A DNA stretch of 64,000 nucleotides, from positions 14,818-78,817 of the forward strand of contig JBIOZG010000024.1 of NCBI GenBank assembly GCA_044870765.1, given 5' to 3'. Positions 55,500 to 64,000 of this stretch are shown in pieces. The translations under genes and the position numbers were made by a program. The first letter of the stretch is position 1, and each line of letters begins with the position of its first letter. The DNA comes from Nitrososphaeraceae archaeon. Lineage in GTDB: Archaea > Thermoproteota > Nitrososphaeria > Nitrososphaerales > Nitrososphaeraceae. Under the pieces are notes generated by a model. It saw only the letters and a list, made by a program, of their open reading frames with translations. It ran no database searches and was not told the DNA's origin.

Positions 55500-58253
55500 A
55501 TGCTATCGGGCGATAGAGTTTTGTTCCACTTTGGAAATTACAATTTTAGTGCACGTCATTTATTAGTTATCACAGTATTGGTAATCGCATTCACAACGGC
55601 TTTCATTATGCGTTCCTATCCCGTTAAGTATGGTTATTATCTGAATGAATTTGATCCATATTTTGATTATAGAGCAACAAAGTACATCATAGATAACGGC
55701 CTCGACGCATATCTAAAGTGGCATGACACCATGTCATGGTATCCTGAGGGTCGAAACATACCAACGACTTCGCAAGTTGGATTGCATGTAACTGCTGCAT
55801 TTCTATACAAGATCTTTGGAGGGAATAGTTCTGTTCTAGATTTTACGATAATTTTACCGGTTGTGTTAGGATCATTGACTACTATTGTTGTCTTTGCATT
55901 GGTAAGGACCCTTGGTGGAACCACAGCAGGGCTATTTTCAGCATTACTAATTGCATTTACTCCAGCTCTTATTCAACGTGGTAACTTGGGTTGGTTCAAA
56001 TCTGAACCTCTCGGATTATTCCTTGCCCTGTTGGCCCTGTACTTACTTATCTCGGCCATGAAGCATAAACCCGGCATTGCTATTGTAAAAGCAATAGCAG
56101 GCGGATTATTGCTTGGTCTTGCCAATGCATCCTGGGGTGGCATTCAATATTTTAGCATCCCAATTTCATTATTCTTTTTCGCAGTAACATTTTTGAGAAA
56201 TGATTTAAGAACACCCTTAATCGTAGCAGTCTTGTTTACAGTCGCAGCAATTATAGCAGCAGGACTGTCTCCGAGACCCGGTCTTTCATTTGTGTTCGGA
56301 CTTCCAGGAATTGCCCTTATCGGGGGTACAATATTTCTTATTGCATCGTCAATTGTCAGGAAGTTTAGCTCTTCTAGTACTTTTGCTAGAAACAACTGGA
56401 TATTGCTTGCATGTTTCATTGCCATTGCAGTGGGTATAGTAGTATCAGGTAGCTTTTATGTATCCTCTTTCAGATATCTAAATGCTGTTAACCCATTTCT
56501 ATCTTCTCAGAATCCCCTAGTAGAATCCGTCGCAGAACACTTCACTCCAACATTGGTAGAGTATTTGACTGATTATTCAGTTCTGATAATGTTTGCAGGG
56601 TTTGGGGCACTTATGGCATTTAAACACAGAAACGACTTGTCAATTTTTTCACTAATAATTGGGATTACGGCAGTGTATGTGAGTGCAACATTTGCAAGAT
56701 TGCTCGTATTCTCATCAATAGGAATAATACTCTTGGCAAGTTTGGGCCTTTATGAAGTTACAAGGAGTATAATAAATTACGAAGCCTCAGAACCGACGCA
56801 TAAAAAGAGAAGAAGAGTGGAAGGTCATAAAACCTCTCAAATGAGTAGATCATTAAAAATTATTTACTCAGGTATTGTTGTTATTTTGGTTTCGATCCCC
56901 GTTATTGATAACGGTGGTGTAGTTTATCCACCAAACTCAAATTGGTTGAGCTCGGCAGATATTCCTCCTTCTATTGCAAATGGTGGAACTGGATTTAGAG
57001 TCAAGACCAACGATTGGATAGATGCATTAGACTGGATTTCGACCAATACACCTTCCAATTCAGTAGTTGCATCGTGGTGGGATTATGGTTACTGGATAAC
57101 AACACTGGGAAATAGGACTAGTTTGGCTGATAATGCTACAATAAACCAAACAAGAATCGCAACTATTGCAAAAATGTTTATGGATCAAACTGAAAATGGT
57201 CTTAAAATTGCCAAAGATCTACAATCCGATTACATTGTAATCTACATTGTAGGGCAGAGATTTACCGGTAACAACGGTACTGAGCTATATGTTTTAGGTA
57301 ACGGCGGAGATGAAAGCAAAAAACAATGGTTCATAAGAATTGGCGGATTTGATGAAAACACATATCTTGAACAAGACGGTTTTACCCCAAAACCATTCTT
57401 CTGGAATCGGACTTTACTTGGACAATTAATACCTTTTACTCCTGTATCGTACATTTTGAATGGAGCGCCTACTGGTCAATACGAGCCGGGGGCTACTACC
57501 ATCTATTCAAAAGACATCAAATATCCAGAAAACGCCACAGCCCAACAACCACTTCGATTGGTGTACTCATCAGATAGTTTTAGGACGGACAAACCTGGTC
57601 TATTTTTTGGTGTATTGGTTTACGAAGTGAACCACAATTATAATCCTACGCCGACATCGGATCCATATAACGAAGTTGTAGAAAACGAAGAGAAATTTTC
57701 AATAAACACCCCCATGACTAATAGTTCTATGAAATCAACTAATGAATCAAAACTAGCTATATTGGATACAGCTCAGGGCCCAATCACTATGGAATTCTTT
57801 CCAGATGTAGCGCCTATGACAGTATCTAATTTTGAGAAGCTTGCAGAATCGGGATTCTATAATGGTACTTTGTTCCATAGAATTGTCAAAGGATTTGTAA
57901 TTCAAGGTGGAGATCCGAATACAAAAAATAACACTAACACGGCTGCTTGGGGAACAGGTGATCCGGGTTACAAAATTAAGGCAGAATTTAGTAACATTCC
58001 TCATAACAGGGGAATTGTTTCAATGGCTAGGTCTTCAGATCCTAATAGCGCGGGTTCACAGTTCTTTATTGTCTTGAATGATTCAAGGTTTTTGGACAAT
58101 CAGTATACCGCATTTGGAAGGGTCATAGACGGAATGGATGCAGTTGATAAAATTGCAGCATTACCAACAATCCAAAATGATCAACCACAAGATCCAAATT
58201 TAGCCAAAATAAATTCTATAAAAATTGTAAATAATAATACGACAAAAAGTTGA
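55500..58253 (+). CDS. aglB: Oligosaccharyltransferase AglB (STT3) fused to a C-terminal cyclophilin-type peptidyl-prolyl isomerase
   Basis: EFDPY, SVAEH, WWDYG, DNAT and DESK in a multi-TM protein, followed by FHRIVKGFVIQGGDP, SMAR..DPNSAGSQFFI and LD.QYTAFGRV in the same frame. Confidence 0.95.
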   Translation: MLSGDRVLFHFGNYNFSARHLLVITVLVIAFTTAFIMRSYPVKYGYYLNEFDPYFDYRATKYIIDNGLDAYLKWHDTMSWYPEGRNIPTTSQVGLHVTAAFLYKIFGGNSSVLDFTIILPVVLGSLTTIVVFALVRTLGGTTAGLFSALLIAFTPALIQRGNLGWFKSEPLGLFLALLALYLLISAMKHKPGIAIVKAIAGGLLLGLANASWGGIQYFSIPISLFFFAVTFLRNDLRTPLIVAVLFTVAAIIAAGLSPRPGLSFVFGLPGIALIGGTIFLIASSIVRKFSSSSTFARNNWILLACFIAIAVGIVVSGSFYVSSFRYLNAVNPFLSSQNPLVESVAEHFTPTLVEYLTDYSVLIMFAGFGALMAFKHRNDLSIFSLIIGITAVYVSATFARLLVFSSIGIILLASLGLYEVTRSIINYEASEPTHKKRRRVEGHKTSQMSRSLKIIYSGIVVILVSIPVIDNGGVVYPPNSNWLSSADIPPSIANGGTGFRVKTNDWIDALDWISTNTPSNSVVASWWDYGYWITTLGNRTSLADNATINQTRIATIAKMFMDQTENGLKIAKDLQSDYIVIYIVGQRFTGNNGTELYVLGNGGDESKKQWFIRIGGFDENTYLEQDGFTPKPFFWNRTLLGQLIPFTPVSYILNGAPTGQYEPGATTIYSKDIKYPENATAQQPLRLVYSSDSFRTDKPGLFFGVLVYEVNHNYNPTPTSDPYNEVVENEEKFSINTPMTNSSMKSTNESKLAILDTAQGPITMEFFPDVAPMTVSNFEKLAESGFYNGTLFHRIVKGFVIQGGDPNTKNNTNTAAWGTGDPGYKIKAEFSNIPHNRGIVSMARSSDPNSAGSQFFIVLNDSRFLDNQYTAFGRVIDGMDAVDKIAALPTIQNDQPQDPNLAKINSIKIVNNNTTKS

Positions 58254-58282
58254 GTTCTAGGTCGTTAGTAATTAGATAAAAT

Positions 58283-59239
58283 CTATTTCAACAATGCGGC
58301 GTAAATGAATGGTAGTAGGGTGGTCGCCTCACCGTGTATGGTAGTTTGTCGCGCTTCACCCTTCACCTTACCCCAGGATATTGCTTCTGCAACTAAAGCT
58401 CCGCTCAAACTTCCATCCCATTCAGAAGCTGTTGTTATAGACACGGCGTAATCCAGCCCACCTCGAAATTGGTTCCACCATAATGTATGATGTTTCGATA
58501 TTCCTCCACCAATAATAAAAGCACCGCTCTTACCTGCCTCGTAAACCAAATCAGAAAGTTTAGTTTCATCCAATAGCAAGTTTAAATTAAAATCTCTATG
58601 TTTCTGATAAAAGAACCAAATTTGACTTCCAACAGCCCCATCAACAATACCCGGAACTACGACCGGAATATCATTCTTGTATGCCCAATACAGGAACGAA
58701 GACTCGTTAAGAGCACTACCTATACTCCTCGTTATTTCATAAGTCGGCACATTCTTTATCCCTTTTTTATACAGATCGTTTAGACATTCCTGTACCTTTT
58801 TTTCAATAACTGGACCATAATTATTTTGGGGAACCAGTACATTTCCCAATCTGTGAATATTTCTTTTATACAGCAAAGTATCGTCCATACGAAAATCTCC
58901 GGAGTAGTACTTGGTGCTAGACCGTGCTATGTCATGATCGAGAGCACCACAGGTTGTAATTACACAATCAAACATCTTTCGCTTTAGCATATCCTTAATG
59001 ATTCCCCTTGCGCCAGTTGAGATTATTGATCCCACAAATGACAGGAATTTAGTACACTTCGTATCCTTTGTCATCGTTCGAATTATATTGATTCCGTCCC
59101 AAAGATTTTTGGATTCAAAACCACCAGATTTTGCCATACCATCAACTAGTAAAGAGATGGATTTTGATTCAATTTCGTAATCGCGCACTGAATCACTCAA
59201 GATATCTTTGTGTGTTTTTTTTGAGCCTTTTGATTTCAA
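58283..59239 (-). CDS. dys: Deoxyhypusine synthase
   Basis: I.R.GNV.VP, S.LYWAY.N.IP, GGGISKHH and DGSLSGA...EAISWGK motifs. Confidence 0.96.
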   Translation of the reverse strand: MKSKGSKKTHKDILSDSVRDYEIESKSISLLVDGMAKSGGFESKNLWDGINIIRTMTKDTKCTKFLSFVGSIISTGARGIIKDMLKRKMFDCVITTCGALDHDIARSSTKYYSGDFRMDDTLLYKRNIHRLGNVLVPQNNYGPVIEKKVQECLNDLYKKGIKNVPTYEITRSIGSALNESSFLYWAYKNDIPVVVPGIVDGAVGSQIWFFYQKHRDFNLNLLLDETKLSDLVYEAGKSGAFIIGGGISKHHTLWWNQFRGGLDYAVSITTASEWDGSLSGALVAEAISWGKVKGEARQTTIHGEATTLLPFIYAALLK

Positions 59240-59407
59240 TTTCCTAAATTAAAGTATCCAACCTTATATTATTTTTATCTGATTTATATAACATGTATTT
59301 CAAATAACTACGCTAATTCGAATCATTCTGTTTAGCAATTACATTCAAACTCATTATCCAACTCTATTTCGTCACATTATTATAATGATAATTCAGTATA
59401 TTTTTAG

Positions 59408-59875
59408 ATGCGTGTTAGATATTGGCGTTTAGCAGTCAATGACTTATTAGATTCGACATATCCTGTAGAAAAGGCTAATCATTGGGAAATTAAATGTCTG
59501 CAAGGAGAGTATGAACATTTTGGAGTTTTTTGGTTCAGGTATGGAACTCCATTTGACAAGGAATTAATAAATGGTATTTGTTTCTATTACAACGATATAC
59601 CTCAAGATAATGTTCAAAGATTGCTAGATTTTCTAAAAGAAAAATATGGAGGCAATGCACTATTTAGACAGAGTCGTGTCTTTCTTCAAGGCTCTAAAGA
59701 ATTTTGTGACAAAAATGAGATAGCGAATCTGGCAAATGAAATCAGCACTAAATTTAATGGACCCATTGAAATAACTCTTGAATTCGAAAAGGTTACTCCA
59801 GAAGAGCAGGAACAAAATAAATTTAATTTTCCTGAAGGAAAATTACTCCCAATCGCTGGGTCTGATGCCGAATAG
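59408..59875 (+). CDS. Hypothetical protein
   Basis: 155-aa ORF with protein-like composition and no recognised family. Confidence 0.7.
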   Translation: MRVRYWRLAVNDLLDSTYPVEKANHWEIKCLQGEYEHFGVFWFRYGTPFDKELINGICFYYNDIPQDNVQRLLDFLKEKYGGNALFRQSRVFLQGSKEFCDKNEIANLANEISTKFNGPIEITLEFEKVTPEEQEQNKFNFPEGKLLPIAGSDAE

Positions 59876-59932
59876 AAGCATGTAAGTACAAAAGCCAAAC
59901 TTAAATTGATTGCATGAATCTATTAGAACAGA

Positions 59933-60412
59933 TTAATTATCATCAGAAGTATCAGCATCAGCACCGTCGTCTTCAAGTATGAATTTTATTTTTTCTCTCA
60001 ATTTAGATATGCTGACAGGCTTACTAATAAAATGAGTAACATCGACTGATGGGATTACTTTGCTGAATTCTTCTTTGTTAATCTCAAATGCTGTGATAAA
60101 TGCAATCTTCATAGTAGGATCATTTTCTTTTATACGCCTATACAACTCAAATCCATTTATTTTAGGCATCCGAATGTCAGTAATTACTAGATCATAATAT
60201 TTCGGAGGATGATTCTGAAAGTTATTTATAGCGTCGTCACCTTTAGAAAAGGTTTCAACCCTGAAATCATTTTTTGATTCCAATCCTCTTTTTATGACCG
60301 AAAGGATATCAGATTCATCGTCCACAATCATTATTCGTGGTGGTGAATTCATTTTTTTACTTTCCGTCATATATGGAATTTTGATATGATTATCATATAT
60401 AATAAGTTTCAT
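59933..60412 (-). CDS. Stand-alone response regulator receiver (CheY-like)
   Basis: IMIVDDE, DLVITDIRMP..NG.EL, FITA and FI.KP motifs. The likely start is ATG 60370. Confidence 0.92.
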   Translation of the reverse strand: MKLIIYDNHIKIPYMTESKKMNSPPRIMIVDDESDILSVIKRGLESKNDFRVETFSKGDDAINNFQNHPPKYYDLVITDIRMPKINGFELYRRIKENDPTMKIAFITAFEINKEEFSKVIPSVDVTHFISKPVSISKLREKIKFILEDDGADADTSDDN

Positions 60413-60447
60413 TATGCGAAAATTGATATAACAAGAAAAATAACGTC

Positions 60448-60918
60448 ATGAAAATGACTGAAAAATCAGACTGGTTGGACCTCCTACACGAATCAAAAAT
60501 AAAAGAATTCAATGAGTGGAGAATGTCCAATATTCTTGTGAAAATAGATATAAGTGGTATGGATTTTTCAGGAAAGGATCTTTCAAATGCCTTCCTAAAC
60601 GGCGTCAAATGCAACGGAATAAACTTGTCAGGGTGCAATTTACGTAAGGCTAATTTTGCTCAGGCAGAAGTTATGGACTCCAACTTTGAAAATGCGAATC
60701 TGGCAGATGGAATTTTCCTGTATTGCAATTTGAAAAATAGTAAATTAGTAACTGCAGACCTAACTAGAACAAACTTTATGTGGGCCGATTTAAGAGGTTG
60801 TGACTTTAGTGGTGCCAAACTCGAGAAAACAATCTTTGTTGAAGCCAAATTACAGAATGCGAAAATGGATTCATTGCAGAATGAGTCTGTTTATTTGAAA
60901 TTTGCCAAGATAGAATAA
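60448..60918 (+). CDS. Pentapeptide-repeat protein
   Basis: Serial A(D/N)(L/F)xx repeats after an N-terminal FNEWR motif. Confidence 0.9.
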   Translation: MKMTEKSDWLDLLHESKIKEFNEWRMSNILVKIDISGMDFSGKDLSNAFLNGVKCNGINLSGCNLRKANFAQAEVMDSNFENANLADGIFLYCNLKNSKLVTADLTRTNFMWADLRGCDFSGAKLEKTIFVEAKLQNAKMDSLQNESVYLKFAKIE

Positions 60919-61007
60919 GAAATTTTTTGAAACTTAGTTAGAAAAGTAAATCATTACACACCAATACTCCAATAGATTAATACGAATGAGACGTCTAGTT
61001 AGATTGG

Positions 61008-62081
61008 TTGGGAGTAGATAAGATTCGAACTTTAAAGTTACTAGGTAAATGGTCATTTAACAGAGTTGTTGGCAAACGACGACCACTAGTGGCTGTTTTC
61101 AGTTTGACCCATTACTGTAATTTTTACTGTCCAATGTGTCCGTTCGGTGATTCAAATAAGGAGGGACAATTAAAATTAGTTAACGAAAGGGATCTAACTA
61201 CTGAACAATGGAAATCTATCTTTGACAAGGTTTCGAAATATTGTGTTTGGTCAATTATCGAAGGAGGGGAACCAACTAGTCGACCTGATTTTATTGAGCT
61301 TGTTAGGTATCTTCATAGCATTAACATGCCTACTTCCTTGATAACAAATTGTTCACTTTTACACACTGTAGACCTTGAAAAACTAAAGCAATATGTTCAG
61401 TTCATTACATGTAGCATCGACTCGGTTTATCAAGAGCCATATTGTAAAGTGCGCGGTGTGTCTAGTAGAATATATCAAAGGGTTATGGAAAATATTGGAC
61501 TCCTTAATGAAAGTAACATTTCACATTATTTCAATAGCGTAATTACAAAATTTAACACAGATGAATTTATCGATCAAACTTATTTTGACAAAGCAAAAGC
61601 GCTCGGTTCAAACGCAGTTTCTCTAACCTTCGTAGAAGACAGAGCTGATGTGCCGTACTCGTTATTGCCAGATAGAAAAACTATGGATAAAGTATGTGAA
61701 AGTGTTTTGAATTATGTGAAAAAGAATTCTTCTCCTCAAATAATGATCCCCCCAGAATATTTTGAACAGATTCTAGAAAATGGGCGTACTAATTTCGACG
61801 AATGTGGAGTATGGAAGAGTACCTTTGTCAATGCCGACGGGACGGTGATGGTGCCGTGCTGGAAGTTTAACAATGCCGAGAATATGTATAATCTGCTCGA
61901 ACATAGCATAGAAGATGTTTGGAGCGCGCCTCAATGGGAGATAGCTAAAACATGTCACGATTGTCAGGTACTCGGATGTATATGGTATTCTTCTCAACCT
62001 ATCACTACATTCGCCAAAAATTATATGAATGGTCTGTCCAGGATGATAAATCAACATAAACCGGAATTATCCATTGATTAA
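61008..62081 (+). CDS. Radical SAM protein with SPASM/twitch-like C-terminus
   Basis: CNFYCPMC, GGEP, ITN and SIDS motifs, plus C-terminal C...V.ADG....PC...C.DC...C. Confidence 0.9.
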   Translation: MGVDKIRTLKLLGKWSFNRVVGKRRPLVAVFSLTHYCNFYCPMCPFGDSNKEGQLKLVNERDLTTEQWKSIFDKVSKYCVWSIIEGGEPTSRPDFIELVRYLHSINMPTSLITNCSLLHTVDLEKLKQYVQFITCSIDSVYQEPYCKVRGVSSRIYQRVMENIGLLNESNISHYFNSVITKFNTDEFIDQTYFDKAKALGSNAVSLTFVEDRADVPYSLLPDRKTMDKVCESVLNYVKKNSSPQIMIPPEYFEQILENGRTNFDECGVWKSTFVNADGTVMVPCWKFNNAENMYNLLEHSIEDVWSAPQWEIAKTCHDCQVLGCIWYSSQPITTFAKNYMNGLSRMINQHKPELSID

Positions 62082-62126
62082 CCTGTTTGAGCCTTAATGA
62101 CCACCAACAGAACAGCACTGCTTCAC

Positions 62127-64000
62127 CTACAAGATTTGATCTACGCGCACATTCAGGTTATCATTATCATGATATAACTCTCCGACTGCTTTGAATTCCT
62201 TTCCTTTTTTTATCAACTCTCTTGGTCCACGATAATCATAATGGTGTAAGCTAGCATGCCATTTACCATTTATCAGTACTATTGCTTTACCCATCATCAC
62301 CTTTTCAATTTCAATTTCATATGTCTGTCCTTGAACTTTTCCTACATTTTCGGATAGAGTTATCTTATTACCAATTATTTTTATCCTTCCTAATTTTTTA
62401 AGCATCTGTAATCCTGCATTTACAAGTTCATCTTCTTGTCCCAATATCTTATAAATTAGGTCTATGTCCATTCCACTGTTTCCACGGCAAGATACTAATG
62501 AATATATCTTTCTAGCCATCCGTTCAACAGTTTTTCTAGACTGTACCAATGAGTTATCATTTGTGAAGACCTTTATCTTATGTAAAATTTTGTTCTTCCC
62601 AGGTAATGATTTTATATTGGTTCTCTTTTCAGAGTTTAGAAACGAGTCCAGATAATCAATCTCCTCTTTGGTCATAGGATCAAGTTCTAAGTTGGTTCTC
62701 TCAAGGGTTGTGAGTTTGAGATCAATACTGGCAGAGGAGAATATAGCTTTCATCCTATCAATTTTTTTTCTAGTGATGTCTAGATATCGTTGATCTATTG
62801 TATCCTTTGTTGCAAAAATCAAAACCGAACCGATATTTTTTCTTCCAGTTCTTCCCCTTCTTTGAATATGCCTAATTTCGCTTGGTATTGGTTCATAAAA
62901 AACTACTAGATCTACCTCCGGAATATCAAGGCCCTCTTCTGCAATTGAGGTTGCCACTAGAACACTAAATTCTCCATCCCTAAAATTTTTTAAGATAGAG
63001 TTTTGTTCTTCTTGTTTCATTCCAGGATCTCCTTGTCTTTTTGATTGACCCACAAATTTTGACGCCCTAATGTTATCTTTAATTAGCATTTCAACAATGT
63101 GTTGTGCAGTGTCTCGATATTGAGTAAAGACAAGGACTCTAGAAATTACTTCTGGTACACTACGCGATGAATTGCCTAGCTTATTTAGAAACGACTGTGG
63201 ATCATGTCTTTCTTTCAGGATTTTAAGAAGGTATTGAACTTTGGGATGATCCATCTGTAAATTTTCCATCAATCGTTTTATTTCTTTAATTCTATTATCA
63301 CTTAGCAAAATCTTGTGGCTCTTACTCTCTTCTGGTCTTGAGCTACCCAAAAACGTTCCAAGTGAGTGAAATCCTTGACTCTCTACTAACTCAATACAAT
63401 ACATCAATGATAATGCAATGGATTGTTGCATCAATGCATAGTAGATCGATCGTCGATCTTCTTCTAAAGTAATATTCAATTTGGACCTTAGTTGTTCGCC
63501 TAAGGAGATCAGGTCCCTCTTGAAAATCCATTTTGAATTTTTTCTTAAAATATTTCTGCTATTTAACCAACTGAGCTTCTCGTCCAACATTTTCTTCAAA
63601 ATTGATTTAACATACTGATACTCAGAAGGGAGATCGAACCATTCCCACTTTAGATTAATTGGATTAATGTACCGTTTTATATCTTTATCTTCCTCAGTTT
63701 TAAATTCAATATTTTCAACAAACAAATTATTACATATGTCTTGAATTTTGTTTTTTTCTGATCCCGGACTAGCTGTTAACCCAAGAATTAGCGGATTCAA
63801 ACAATGTTTGATGTATTGATCTGCTATGAAAGTGTACGCGTAATCCTTCACGGCCCGATGTGCTTCGTCAAATACTACCAAAAAAAAATCTACAAGTGAA
63901 AGTCTTTTGCCAATAATGTCGTTTTTTACTACCTCTGGAGTAGAGAAAAAAAGTCTTATCGTCTTATTATTCCACACAATTGTTCTCGCATGCGGTGGTA
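62127..64000 (-). CDS. hef: Hef/FANCM-like SF2 helicase, 5' end outside the window
   Basis: TPE...ND, DEAHRA..DYAY, GLTASPG, VFTQYRDT, G..Q.EQ...L..F..G, ATSIAEEGLDIP and IQRRGRTGR motifs. The frame stays open to the window end. Confidence 0.93.
   Translation of the reverse strand, partial: PPHARTIVWNNKTIRLFFSTPEVVKNDIIGKRLSLVDFFLVVFDEAHRAVKDYAYTFIADQYIKHCLNPLILGLTASPGSEKNKIQDICNNLFVENIEFKTEEDKDIKRYINPINLKWEWFDLPSEYQYVKSILKKMLDEKLSWLNSRNILRKNSKWIFKRDLISLGEQLRSKLNITLEEDRRSIYYALMQQSIALSLMYCIELVESQGFHSLGTFLGSSRPEESKSHKILLSDNRIKEIKRLMENLQMDHPKVQYLLKILKERHDPQSFLNKLGNSSRSVPEVISRVLVFTQYRDTAQHIVEMLIKDNIRASKFVGQSKRQGDPGMKQEEQNSILKNFRDGEFSVLVATSIAEEGLDIPEVDLVVFYEPIPSEIRHIQRRGRTGRKNIGSVLIFATKDTIDQRYLDITRKKIDRMKAIFSSASIDLKLTTLERTNLELDPMTKEEIDYLDSFLNSEKRTNIKSLPGKNKILHKIKVFTNDNSLVQSRKTVERMARKIYSLVSCRGNSGMDIDLIYKILGQEDELVNAGLQMLKKLGRIKIIGNKITLSENVGKVQGQTYEIEIEKVMMGKAIVLINGKWHASLHHYDYRGPRELIKKGKEFKAVGELYHDNDNLNVRVDQIL

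Noticed and set aside
1-64000. tRNA, rRNA, IS elements, integrases or proviral genes
   Set aside because: I saw no GC-rich structured RNA segment, cloverleaf, transposase or terminal inverted repeat by eye. TTCGAA-type hits near 15265 and 54180 lie inside CDSs. tRNAscan-SE, Infernal and ISEScan would be decisive.

Overview
AT-rich archaeal chromosomal segment. Gene content points to an ammonia-oxidising archaeon (Nitrososphaeria/Thaumarchaeota, probably a soil Nitrososphaeraceae member; this is inferred, not computed). The evidence is a Rieske-cytochrome b-plastocyanin complex III with no cytochrome c1, an Amt transporter, a two-domain multicopper oxidase, the exosome operon, rpl44e/rps27e/rpl37ae, cobY, cofE, AglB and deoxyhypusine synthase. 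About 75 CDSs are supportable, mostly housekeeping: cofactor synthesis (B12, thiamine, biotin, F420, haem, possibly quinone), an ETF-FixCX operon, RNA processing and DNA repair. A stretch at about 14.4-19.1 kb is rich in secreted and copper proteins. I recognised no tRNA, rRNA, CRISPR array or mobile element. The most notable observations are: (1) the oligosaccharyltransferase AglB fused in frame to a complete extracellular cyclophilin-type prolyl isomerase; (2) two micro-ORFs missed by the ORF track, each with its own TATA-like box (a 20-aa Lys/Ser peptide before aglB and a 43-aa membrane peptide near the complex III genes); (3) a methyltransferase/UbiA-like/chorismate-lyase-like operon near a radical SAM gene that is divergent from a Fix-type ETF operon; (4) a CbiP lacking its glutaminase domain; (5) two convergent XPB helicases with no Bax1; (6) a homopolymer frameshift in a conserved gene. 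All calls come from motif recognition by eye and no database searches were run.
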